Positions 13,421 to 25,400 of a stretch of 64,000 bases of DNA are shown one piece after another. Positions within the stretch are counted from its first letter, which is position 1. Every line of letters begins with the position of its first letter. Made by a program: the position numbers and the translations under genes. The stretch is from NCBI GenBank assembly GCA_964016885.1, contig OZ024741.1:125240001-125304000 (forward strand). The letters run 5' to 3'. The notes beneath the pieces were generated by a model. That model saw nothing but the letters and a program-made list of their open reading frames with translations. It was not told the origin of the DNA and searched no databases. This DNA is from Eledone cirrhosa. Its lineage: Eukaryota.

Positions 13421-13470
13421 GTGTTCAGAAGATCCCGTTAAGGGTGAAAGCAGCGACTCTTTGCTTAAAC
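13421..13470 (+). ncRNA. Type I hammerhead-like motif with variant core CAGAAGA
   Basis: GTT-CAGAAGA-T CCC gttaa GGG T-GAAA-GCA gcgactctt TGC-TT-AAAC; second copy at 43666-43716. Confidence 0.5.
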
Positions 13471-13578
13471 TTTAATCTGTTATTTTAATAAATATTTGCT
13501 CTACGGTTCTTATATATTTGATATATATTTATCTTTATCGATCCCTCTTTGGATTTTAGTTTTCATATGTATTATTAT

Positions 13579-13649
<71 letters not shown>

Positions 13650-13650
<1 letters not shown>

Positions 13651-14022
13651 GATATTAAACAAATGGAAACTATATTTATAAAACCATATTTATTTCATTA
13701 TACATATTTCAGGGATACCATATTAAAAATATGGCATGCCTTCGTCAGATAAAATACAATATATAAACAGTTTTATAAATAATTTTGACGTACCATATTA
13801 TAAGCGACCATTAACTTAGGAAGCTGTCTGGCTACCCAGACAGCTTCCTAAATTAAGTTAATGGTCGCTTATAATATGGTACGTCAAAATTATTTATAAA
13901 ACTGTTTATATATTGTATTTTATCTGACGAAGGCATGCCATATTTTTAATATGGTATCCCTGAAATATGTATAATGAAATAAATATGGTTTTATAAATAT
14001 AGTTTCCATTTGTTTAATATCG
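13650..14022. repeat. ~373-bp near-perfect palindrome in (TA)n, hammerhead in each arm
   Basis: Arms reverse-complementary apart from a small indel near the centre (~13833); single-arm copy at 21560-21707. Confidence 0.95.
13916..13981 (+). ncRNA. Type I hammerhead ribozyme, long stem II (mirror copy on minus strand 13691-13756)
   Basis: TATTTTAT-CTGACGA-AGGCATGCCATATT ttt AATATGGTATCCCT-GAAA-TATGTA-TA-ATGAAATA; AUA cleavage triplet. Confidence 0.85.
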
Positions 14023-14109
14023 TATATACACTCCAAAAACTTGTCGAGTGCTTTATATCAGTTATAAAATATTTACTTGTTGTAACCCAACAATTTTAAA
14101 TAAAACCTT

Positions 14110-14167
<58 letters not shown>

Positions 14168-14547
14168 GATTATTCGCATATGTGTAAATTATTGTAATTA
14201 AATATATAGTGAAATAAATAATGATATAGCTGAGCGGATCGATATATTGATAAATGAAGAACTATTTGAAGCTATGAAACTAAAGACACTTGGAATTATC
14301 AGAAATATAAATCTCAAGAGTACTACATATGTCTGAAGATGTAAAATATAGTACTTGATATTATAGTTTGAGCAGGGGCTGGACACAGAGGAATCCGTGG
14401 TGACCCATCTACATTTTGTTCATCCATTCTGGCGTTCATAACCTTCAGGTTGTTTGTAATGCTTATGCGATGATGAAGATGATAGTGCTATTGACGATGA
14501 AGACGATGATGATGATGTCGACGACGACGACGATGATAATCATGACG

Positions 14548-14630
<83 letters not shown>

Positions 14631-14876
14631 TCGAACCACTAGATTGAACAATAAATCAACAACCTTTACCAAACAGCCAGCTTTCATCATCAAACTGCCA
14701 GTCTTTCGACTTCTTTTTCTAGAAATATCTACATAATAAACTATGTTGTATCCGTTTCGGCTCTCTGGTCTCTGAGTTCAAATCTCACCGCGGGCAACTC
14801 TACCTTTCCAGGTCAACAAAATGAGTACCAGTCAAGTACAGGGATTGCTTCTTTCTCTAAATCTCTTTCTCACTTC

Positions 14877-14954
<78 letters not shown>

Positions 14955-15477
14955 GTGCGTGCTTTCTATCTTTCTTTGGAAGACATCTACTGTATTCAGA
15001 CCTGGATAGCAGATGAGTTCCGCCAGGCTTAAAATACCCTAGAAACGCTGCATGTCACCATGGCGCTGCCCTTATTACTCTATCAGGAGTTACAGTTCCA
15101 TACATGCACTCTCTTAATGGCATCACGCTGTGGAATTATGACCGATGGCAACACCACTGCTAGGAAACGAACTAACTGCTGATCAAATCACAAACTACTA
15201 GGCTTCACCAAACTGCCAGTCTTTCGTCTTGTTGTTCTAGAAACAAATGTAAGTATGCTGCACTCTCATTGTGTCTTCACGCTGTTGATATAGAACTGAA
15301 CACTTCTAGCTACGTTAAATATAACATTATCTCTCACATTCAAAGACAACAGACAACAAACAAACAAGAATTGCAATTGTATGTGTGTTGCGGGTGTGTT
15401 ATGTGTGTGTGGTTTGTGTGTGCTGTATGTGTGTTTTGTGTGTGGGAGTGTTTTATATGTGTGTGTGTGTGTTATAA

Positions 15478-15912
15478 TGGTTTCTGATTTAGGCACAAGG
15501 TAAAAATTTGGGAGGGGGAGAGGAAAGTCGATTAAATCAACCTCAGTGCGTGACTGGTACTTTATTTTATCGACCCCGAAAAGCTAAACTCGACGAGATT
15601 GGAACTCAGAACATAAAGAGACGTAACTATATACTTCAAGGTATGTTGTCCGATGCCCTACAGATTCTGCCAATCTACTGCTCTATGGTGTTATAATTAT
15701 TTCTTCTTTAGGCACAAGGCCAGTAATTTTAGGGGACGGTAAAATCGATTAAATCTACCTCAGTGCATTACTGGTGCTTTATTTCTCCGACCCGTAATGA
15801 TGAAAGGCAAAGCTAACCTTGACGAGATTTGAACTCAGAAGGTAAAAAGACGTAACTGTGTACTTCAAAGCATGTTGCCCGATGCCCTAACGATACTGCA
15901 AAGCTACCGCTC
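15478..15912 (-). mobile_element. Two tandem SINE family A copies
   Basis: Family A body and tail motifs twice. Confidence 0.8.
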
Positions 15913-16318
15913 TTGTGTGTTATAATAAAGACATCAAGGTGTAAAAGTTGTACCTTCATTCTGGCACCACGCCGTTGATATAGAACTCAACACTTCCAGC
16001 TACGTTCAGCAAAATCTTTTCTCTCATACGCAATAACAACAAACAAACTAACAGGCAAAAACAAACAAACAAGAATTGCACTTTTATTAATGATGTAAAT
16101 AGTGAGAATTCACTTGCTCAGTAAAAAAAAATACCAGTTAGAAAAATATGGAAAGCAACCAAGCTGGCACATATCAATGTTATGCAGATACACCAGCATT
16201 TTTTTAATCCTTTATTTTTAGTCAATATCTTTTTAGTGCAAGGAGACTTTTTCTCCGTTTGTACATTTTATACATGTACTTACGCACACGCATGTACGTA
16301 TATATATATATGAATGTG

Positions 16319-16359
<41 letters not shown>

Positions 16360-16360
16360 A

Positions 16361-16427
<67 letters not shown>

Positions 16428-16696
16428 CGTTATACTTTTAGAGAAATCTTGCAAAACAAATTCAAAAACGAAGTATATATATACATATATATATGTGTGT
16501 GTGTGTATGTGTGCGTGTTTTGTGTGTATATATATATGTGTTTCTGTATGTGTATGTGTGTCTATTAGCATATACAAGTATATATATATAGAGAGAGAGA
16601 TATATAAACATATATACAATATATATATATGTATTTATTTTTTTGTGAATGTGTATTTGTGTGTGTGTGAGAGAGAGAGTATGTGTGTGTGCGCGC

Positions 16697-16768
<72 letters not shown>

Positions 16769-16785
16769 ATGCATATATATATATA

Positions 16786-17176
16786 TATATTAATAAGAGG
16801 AATTCCAACTTTGTCTGATTTACTCGTTTTATTTACAATCCTTTAAAATTTATAATGGTATTATAATGAAATAGTATGATAGAATATTAAATTCTAAGTG
16901 TTAATTGAACAAGTACTTTCATGCTTTCGCAATCTTCAGGTTCATAATATGTGGTGACAGTCAAGTTTGAAATTTTCAACTGTTGAAAATTTCAAACTTG
17001 ACTGTCACCACATATTATGAACCTGAAGATTGCGAAAGCATGAAAGTACTTGTTCAATTAACACTTAGAATTTAATATTCTATCATACTATTTCATTATA
17101 ATACCATTATAAATTTTAAAGGATTGTAAATAAAACGAGTAAATCAGACAAAGTTGGAATTCCTCTTATTAATATA
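16786..17176. repeat. 391-bp palindrome with 1-nt spacer at 16981, hammerhead in each arm
   Basis: 195-bp arms appear to be exact reverse complements; (TA)n adjoins the left arm and lies ~45 bp beyond the right arm. Confidence 0.95.
17018..17056 (+). ncRNA. Minimal type I hammerhead ribozyme (mirror copy on minus strand 16906-16944)
   Basis: TGAAC-CTGAAGA-T TGC gaaa GCA T-GAAA-GTAC-TT-GTTCA; palindromic AGTACT stem III, CUU triplet. Confidence 0.75.
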
Positions 17177-17218
17177 ATCTTCTATACACAATCATACACA
17201 CCCGTGTATATTTACCTA

Positions 17219-17374
<156 letters not shown>

Positions 17375-17556
17375 TATATAACGTTATACTTTTGGAGAAA
17401 TCTTGCAAAACAAATTCAAAAATGAAGTATATATATACATATATGAGTTTGTGTGTGTGTGCGTGTTTTGTGTGTGTATGTATGTGTTTCTGTATGTTTA
17501 TGTGTCTCTATTAGCATATACAAGTATATATATATATATATATATAAATAAATTTA

Positions 17557-17658
17557 GTCCTTTATCAGTGATCTTCCAGCCTTCATTGGTATTTCATCGC
17601 TTTAAAGACCATATACCTCTGGTTGGTGCGAGCAACGGCTAAAGAAAGTCGTTGGGAC
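17557..17658 (-). ncRNA. Structured RNA with hammerhead core motifs in non-canonical order (paralogue 1; core reads CTGATAA)
   Basis: GTCC-hairpin-CTCGCA-CCAACC aga GGTAT A TGGTCTT taaagcgat GAAATACC aatgaa GGCTGG AAGATCA CTGATAA a GGAC. Confidence 0.55.
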
Positions 17659-18079
17659 ACATAAATAAGGGGAACGAGCGAGACAGTAAACAAACAAAGA
17701 TGGTAATGCAACGAAAAGTGTGGAGGAAGGAGTAAAGTCCCTGAAATCGATGAACATAAGTTCTGTGAAATCGTAGACGAGAGAGAATAAAGACCATCCG
17801 ACCTGGTCGAAATGTAAGCGAGGAAAGAATTTCCTACAGGTCAAACGGCAGGAAGTAGGAGAGGGAGTAGCAGAGAGTGAGTGAGTGAAAGTGTGAGGAA
17901 GAGGCTAACAGAGAGAGTGACTGGCAGAGGGGGTAAAAGGAAGTGAGAGATACAGAGAAGGGGGAAGCAGTAAGAAAGAAACATACGGGTCACAGCGGAG
18001 GAAAATATATAAATATATGAAAAATATGAAAACATGTCGTGGTGCGTGGTTGCAAATGGGTTACATATGAATAAATTTA

Positions 18080-18161
18080 GTCCTTCGTCAGTGATCTTCC
18101 AGCCTTCATTGGTATTTCATCGCTTTAAAGACCATATACCTCTGGTTGGTGCGAGCAACGG

Positions 18162-18165
<4 letters not shown>
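18080..18165 (-). ncRNA. Second, 5'-truncated copy of the paralogue 1 RNA with intact CTGACGA core
   Basis: Same as 17557-17642 except TCGTCAG (minus CTGACGA) at 18085-18091. Confidence 0.55.
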
Positions 18166-18216
<51 letters not shown>

Positions 18217-18219
<3 letters not shown>

Positions 18220-18745
18220 TAAAAATAGACAAGGGTTAAAATGTCCTCTTCAGTAGTCTGCTGATTATCGTTGGTATTTCGACGGTATTAAAGACTAGAT
18301 ACCTAAAATCAGTGCGAGCGATAACTCAATTAAGTTATCGGGACAGTGGGAAAAGAGAGGAAAGGAAACAAACACATGGTGGTATGCAACGTAAAGAGAG
18401 GAAAATAGAGACAAGTCAATGAATCACGTGGGCATAAGCCCGACATATCAAATTGACGAGGAGAAATAGACACGTCCGAGCCGCGAGAAGATTGAGAGAG
18501 GAAAGAAATTCAAGCAGGTCAGACGGGAGGAAGTGAGAGGGGTGGAGAAGCAGAGAGGGAGTGAGTGAAAGTGGGAGGAAGGGCCAGCCGAGAGTGAGTG
18601 ACCAGCAGCGGGAGTTGAGGAAGGCAAGAGGTGAAGGAGAGAGAAAGTGTGATACATTAAAGTGACAGAAAATATACGAACCACAGCGAAGGGAAAATTT
18701 ATGTGAATGAAGAATGGCGGCACGCCATTCTTCATTCACATAAAT
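18217..18745 (-). mobile_element. Diverged paralogue of the 17546-18165 element
   Basis: Colinear similarity, e.g. ATGCAACG.AAAG and GCAGAGAG.GAGTGAGTGAAAGTG.GAGGAAG blocks; flanked by (TA)n. Confidence 0.7.
18242..18345 (-). ncRNA. Structured RNA with hammerhead core motifs in non-canonical order (paralogue 2)
   Basis: TGTCC-CGATAACT taattg AGTTATCG-CTCGCA-CTGATT tta GGTAT C TAGTCT ttaataccgtc GAAATACC aacgat AATCAG c AGACTA CTGAAGA GGACA. Confidence 0.6.
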
Positions 18746-18834
18746 ATATATATAAACATATATACAAAATATTGTATTTATTTTATATATATATATAAAC
18801 ATATAAAGAAAATATTGTATTTATTTTTACGTGA

Positions 18835-18913
<79 letters not shown>

Positions 18914-19056
18914 AATGTAATCGAATTCACAGGCATGAAAATGGTGGCAAGATAAAAAGACAGTTAACAATCTGCCATTCAGGCAAACATTCTATTGCAC
19001 GTAATTAATATATATTTCTTCACATTGAATACACTTTCACGTATATATATATATAG

Positions 19057-19144
<88 letters not shown>

Positions 19145-19195
19145 TATAATAAAGACAAAACGGTCTTCAAGCTTAATCTTTATATCTACAGATAA

Positions 19196-19235
<40 letters not shown>

Positions 19236-19309
19236 ATAGAAATTAGAAAGTTATCACAAGCTATAAAGGTGTCTGTGTGGGCGCGGATTTGTGTGTGTGT
19301 ATACACACC

Positions 19310-19401
<92 letters not shown>

Positions 19402-19421
19402 GACACACATACATCACAGAT

Positions 19422-19455
<34 letters not shown>

Positions 19456-19858
19456 GTGTGCGTGTGTATGTGTGTGCATGTGTATACATATATATGTGTG
19501 TGTGTGTGTGTATCAATCGAATTACACCTGCGATTTGTTTATTGTTCGCTTTTATTGATATATGAAGAAGTTACAGAATCATCAAAATCTTCTGCAATGG
19601 AGATAAAAAAAGGGGGGCGGATAATAGTTGGATGGGGAGGGGGACACTGAGATGAATAAAGTCTGCCAGATCTTTACTCTTTCTTCTTTAACCCATATTC
19701 TTTGGAACAATTCCCAGGGTAAGGTGAGGGTTTGTGTGTGTATTTGGTTGGTAAAGGGTTATTGAATTGCTTATTACTAAAAGCCAATATATTCTATACT
19801 CGTTCTCTTTGAATTTTTGCAATGTTTTCACATATCTTCGAGACCTATACACACACAC

Positions 19859-19959
<101 letters not shown>

Positions 19960-20136
19960 TGTGTGTGTGTGTATATGTGTATATATATAGATATATATAC
20001 ATACATATATGCATATACATGTGTATATATATATATATAGATATGTATGAGTATATATATATGTAAATATATATATGTATATATATATATGTATATATAT
20101 ATATGTATACATATATGTATATATATGTATATATAT

Positions 20137-21340
20137 ATATGATAAAGAACACAAGAGCGTCTACAACATCAAAAGATTGTTATTGGCTTACAATGTTTCT
20201 TCCTTACGTAACCGTAGGATTCGTCAGAGCTATAAAAGGGGTTTGATTGGTGTTATGGACTCTACCAACTAAACATTCAAGAACAAAGAGTAAAGAGAGT
20301 AAAGAGCAAAAGCAGGGGACGATAAGTCTAATTTTGGTGCGGGAGGGTGGGGTGTGGGTCCTTGTTTACTAGCTGTGGTCATATTCATTCCCGGGAGTCG
20401 AGTGGTTAGTGGAGCCATAGATGGGGTGGCGTCGATAGTAGGGTGCAGGGGGTGTGCAGAGGCTACACACACACAAAGGGCATACAATATATATATAACG
20501 GAAGAGAAAGTACATGAGGTAATTAGAAATGGAATAAGAGTAATAATAATAATCTATAATTAATTGTTTCTACTTTAGGCACAAGGCCAGCAATTACCCA
20601 GTGCATTACTGGTACTTTATTTTATCGACCCCGTAAGGATGAAAGGCAAAGTCAACCTCGGCGGGATTTGAACTCAGATCGTAAAGGGACGTAACTATGC
20701 TATAATAATAATCTATAATTAATCATGTATAATAAGGCATGGGGAAGATTACACTATAATAAGGTATAAAAGTAAGAATAAGGTAAAATATAAAGGAGTA
20801 TAAAAGTGAAAATAAGAATAAAGATAAAAAAATATATATAAAAAATATATCGAGAATATATAAAGAAATATAAGCAAGTATTAGAAAGGGAAAAACACAA
20901 TGTAAAAAAAACGATTTTTTCAAATAAAAATATTATAAATATGGGGGGAGAAAACGGGATAGAGAAATATAATCAAATGTGATTAGTTGAGAGAATATAA
21001 GATGATAATAGTTATGTCAAGTTTATACATCTTAATAATAAATAATATATATATCAGAGTTACACATCCTTCAATTCACTTGCAGGGTATGAATATGACC
21101 ACAGCTAGTAAACAAGGACCCATACCCACCCTCCCGCACCAAAATTAGACTTATCGTCCCCTGCTTTTGCTCTTTACTCTCTTTACTCTTTGTTCTTGAA
21201 TGTTTAGTTGGTAGAGTCCATAACACCAATCAAACACCTTTTATAGCTCTGACGAATCCTACGGTTATGTAAGGAAGAAACATTGTAAGCCAATAAAAAA
21301 TGTTTGATGTTGTAGACGCTCTTGTGTTCTTTATCATATA
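20137..21340. mobile_element. ~255-bp inverted repeats (20137-20392 / 21085-21340) with a hammerhead in each; spacer contains a SINE A fragment (20562-20700)
   Basis: Arms reverse-complementary with few mismatches; TA-repeat boundaries. Confidence 0.85.
21241..21296 (+). ncRNA. Type I hammerhead ribozyme (mirror copy on minus strand ~20180-20235)
   Basis: GCT-CTGACGA-A TCCTAC ggttat GTAAGGA A-GAAAC att GTA-AGC; GUA triplet. Confidence 0.7.
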
Positions 21341-21600
21341 TACGGCTCTGCTCCAAAGCATAGAGCTAATTATTATGCTGCCAATACCTAATGGGACACG
21401 GGTATACAATACCTAACTCCTATTAACCTAAGCATTGTATATATATATATATGTATGTATATATATGTATCTATATATATGTCTATGTATATATATGTAT
21501 ATATATATAAATATGTATATATGTATGTATATATGTATAAATATATATATATATATATACGATATTAAACAAATGGAAACTATATTTATAAAACCATATT

Positions 21601-21666
21601 TATTTCATTATACATATTTCAGGGATACCATATTAAAAATATGGCATGCCTTCTTCAGATAAAATA
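21601..21666 (-). ncRNA. Hammerhead, copy of 13691-13756 with CTGAAGA core
   Basis: Differs from the 13.7 kb copy at the free N7 position of CUGANGA. Confidence 0.8.
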
Positions 21667-22499
21667 CAATATATAAGCAGTTTTATAAATAAATTTGACG
21701 TACCATAAATATTGATCAACTTCCATGTAAGAAGTTGGTTTGGTAGTGAGATGTTTATAAATATTTAGTGTTACGCACAGTTAGAAAGAAAGATGGAGAA
21801 AAGGAAGAAATGTATGTAAAGAAAAACAGAGAGATATAGAGAGAGATAGGGGAGAGAGAAATAGTGAGGAGGTGAAAAATGAGAGGCAGCTGAGGCAACA
21901 GATGAATAATAATAATTCATCATACAAATTGAGAGATTTAGGAGGGAGGGAGTACTGTAATTATTTATTTATTTATTTATTTAGTTATAGTGTTAAGGAG
22001 ACGGAGAGAAATAAAAAATAAATAAAGAGAAAACAGAGAGGTAGAGAAAGATAGAGGTGGGGGGGGGGGGGAAAGAGGTAGACCGAATAATAATAATTAT
22101 ATATGGGGAGGTGAGAGAAATAGGAGAGAAGTAAGAGAGAAAACAATAGAGAAGCTCGAGAGGCAAAGTTAAAATAACCGATACTTAAATTTCATCATGT
22201 ATAGAGGGAGGAGAAGAAAGAGCTATATCTAGAGAGAAGGATGATAGATTTACAACTTTACGTTATGTCCTATCAATTTGAATTATCAATTCATATGAAT
22301 TGGGTATTATAATGTAAATATCAATATTCATGAATGAGACATAGATATATAATGTGTGAAAAAATAATGACCATATGTTTAGTTTAAAAATTCTTAGGTC
22401 GATGTACCAAAAACTGAGATAAAACTTCAAAAAATACGGAAATACATAAGTATATATGTACTTTCCGGAAAAAGAAAGAAAGAGAAAAAGATAAACAAA

Positions 22500-25400
22500 T
22501 ATAGTGTGTAGTGTTAACTAAATATATAGTGTGTAGATGTTGACTGTATAAATAGTGTTTAGTGTTGACTATATATATAGTGTGTAGTGTTGACTAAATA
22601 TATAGTATGTAGATGTTGACTGTATAGATAGTGTTTAGTGTTGACTATATATATAGTGTGTAGTGTTGACTATATATATAGTGTGTAGATTTTGACTGTA
22701 TATATGGTGTGTAGATGTTGACTGTATAGATAGTGTGTAGATGTTGACTTTATATATAGTGTGTAGTGTTGACTATATAGATACTGTGTAGATGTTGACT
22801 GTATATCTTGTGTTTAGTGTTGACTATATAGATACTGTGTAGATGTTGACTGTATATCTTGTGTTTAGTTTCGACTATATAGATAGTGTGTAGTGTTGAC
22901 TATATAGATAGTGTGTAGTATTGACTGTATAGATAGTGTGTAGATGTTGACTATATATATAGTGTGTAGTGTTGACTATATAGATACTGTGTAGATGTTG
23001 ACTGTATATATAGTGTGTAGTGTTGACTATATATATAGTGTGTAGTGTTGAATGTATATATAGTGTGTAGATGTTGAATGTATATATAGTGTGTAGTATT
23101 GACTGTATATATAGTGTGTAGATGTTGAATATATAGATAGTGTGTAGTGTTGAATGTATATATAGTGTGTAGATGTTGATAATATAGATAGTGTGTAGAT
23201 GTTGACTATATATATAGTGTGTAGTATTGACTGTATATATAGTGTGTAGTGTGTACTGTATATATAATGTGTAGTGTTGACTGTGTATATAGTGTGTAGT
23301 GTTGAGTATATATATAGTGTGTAGATGTTGACTATATATATAGTGTGTAGTGTTGACTATATATATATAGTGTGTAGATGTTGACTATATATATAGTGTG
23401 TAGTGTTGACTGTGTATATAGTGTGTAGATGTTGACTATATATATAGTATGTAGATGTTGACTATATAGATAGTGTGTAGTGTTGACTATATATATAATG
23501 CGTAGTATTGACTGTATATATAGTGTGTAGTGTTGACTGTGTATATAGTGTGTAGTATTGAATGTATATATAGTGTGTATATGTTGACTATATATATATA
23601 GAGTGTAGATGTTGACTATATATATAGTGTGTAGTATTGACTGTATAGATTGTGTGTAGTGTTGACTGTATATATAGTGTGTAGATGTTGACTATATATA
23701 TAGTGTGTAGTGTTGACTATATATATAGTGTGTAGTATTGATTGTATAGATTGTGTGTAGATGTTGACTATATATATAGTGTGTAGTGTTGACTATATAT
23801 ATAGTGTGTAGTATTGACTGTATATATAGTGTGTAGTGTTGACTATATATATAGTGTGTAGATGTTGACTGTATATATAGTGTGTAGTGTTGACTGTATA
23901 TATAGTGTGTAGTGTTGACTATATATATAGTGTGTAGATGTTGACTATATATATAGTGTGTAGTGTTGACTGTATATATAATGTGTAGATGTTGACTATA
24001 TATATAGTGTGTAGACGTTGACTGTATATATAGTGTGTAGATGTTGACTATATATATAGTGTGTAGATGTTGACTGTATGTATAGTGTGTAGTGTTGACT
24101 ATATATATAGTGTGTAGTATTGACTGTATATATAGTGTGTAGTGTTGACTTTATATATAGTGTGTAGATGTTGAATGTATATAGTGTGTAGATGTTGACT
24201 GTATATATAGTGTGTAATGTTGACTATATATATATTGTGTAGATGTTGACTGTATATATAGTGTGTAGTATTGACTGTATAGATAGTGTGTAGATGTTGA
24301 CTGTATATATAGTGTGTAGTATTGACTGTATATATAGTGTGTAGATGTTGAATGTATAGATAGTGTGTAGATGTTGACTGTATATATAGTGTGTAGTATT
24401 GACTGTATAGATAGTGTGTAGATGTTGAATATATAGATAGTGTGTAGATGTTGACTATATATATAGTGTGTAGTGTTGACTATATATATAGTGTGTAGTG
24501 TGTACTGTATATATAGTGTGTAGTGTTGACTATATATATAGTGTGTAGATGTTGACTGTATATATAGTGTGTAGATGTTGACTATATATATAGTGTGTAG
24601 ATGTTCACTGTATATATAGTGTGTAGATGTTGACTATATATAATGTTTAAATGTTGGCTATATAGATAGTGTGTAGATGTTGACTGTATAGATAGTCTGT
24701 AGTGTTGACTGTATAGATAGTGTGTAGATGTTGACTATATATAATGTTTAAATGTTGACTATATAGATAGTATGTAGATGTTGACTGTATAGATAGTCTG
24801 TAGTGTTGACTGTATAGATAGTGTGTAGATGTTGACTATATATATAGTGTGTAGTATTGACTGTATAGATTGTGTGTAGTGTTGACTATATATATAGTGT
24901 GTAGTGTTGACTATATATATAGTGTGTAGTATTGACTGTATATATAGTGTGTAGATGTTGACTATATATATAGTGTGTAGTGTTGACTGTATATATAATG
25001 TGTAGATGTTGACTATATATATAGTGTGTAGATGTTGACTGTATATATAGTGTGTAGATGTTGACTATATATATAGTGTGTAGATGTTGACTGTATGTAT
25101 AGTGTGTAGTGTTGACTATATATATAGTGTGTAGTATTGACTGTATATATAATGTGTAGTGTTGACTATATATATATTGTGTAGATGTTGACTGTATATA
25201 TATTGTGTAGATGTTGACTGTGTATATAGTGTGTAGTGTTGACTATATATATAGTGTGTAGTATTGACTTTATATATAGTGTGTAGTATTGACTATATAT
25301 ATATTGTGTAGATGTTGAATGTATATAGTGTGTAGATGTTGACTGTATATATAGTGTGTAATGTTGACTATATATATATTGTGTAGATGTTGACTGTATA

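Larger units (their letters stand above)
17546..18165 (-). mobile_element. (TA)n-embedded ~620-bp non-coding element with ~95-bp terminal direct repeats (period 523 bp)
   Basis: 17547-17642 is repeated at 18070-18165; purine-rich body homologous to 18217-18745. Confidence 0.75.
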
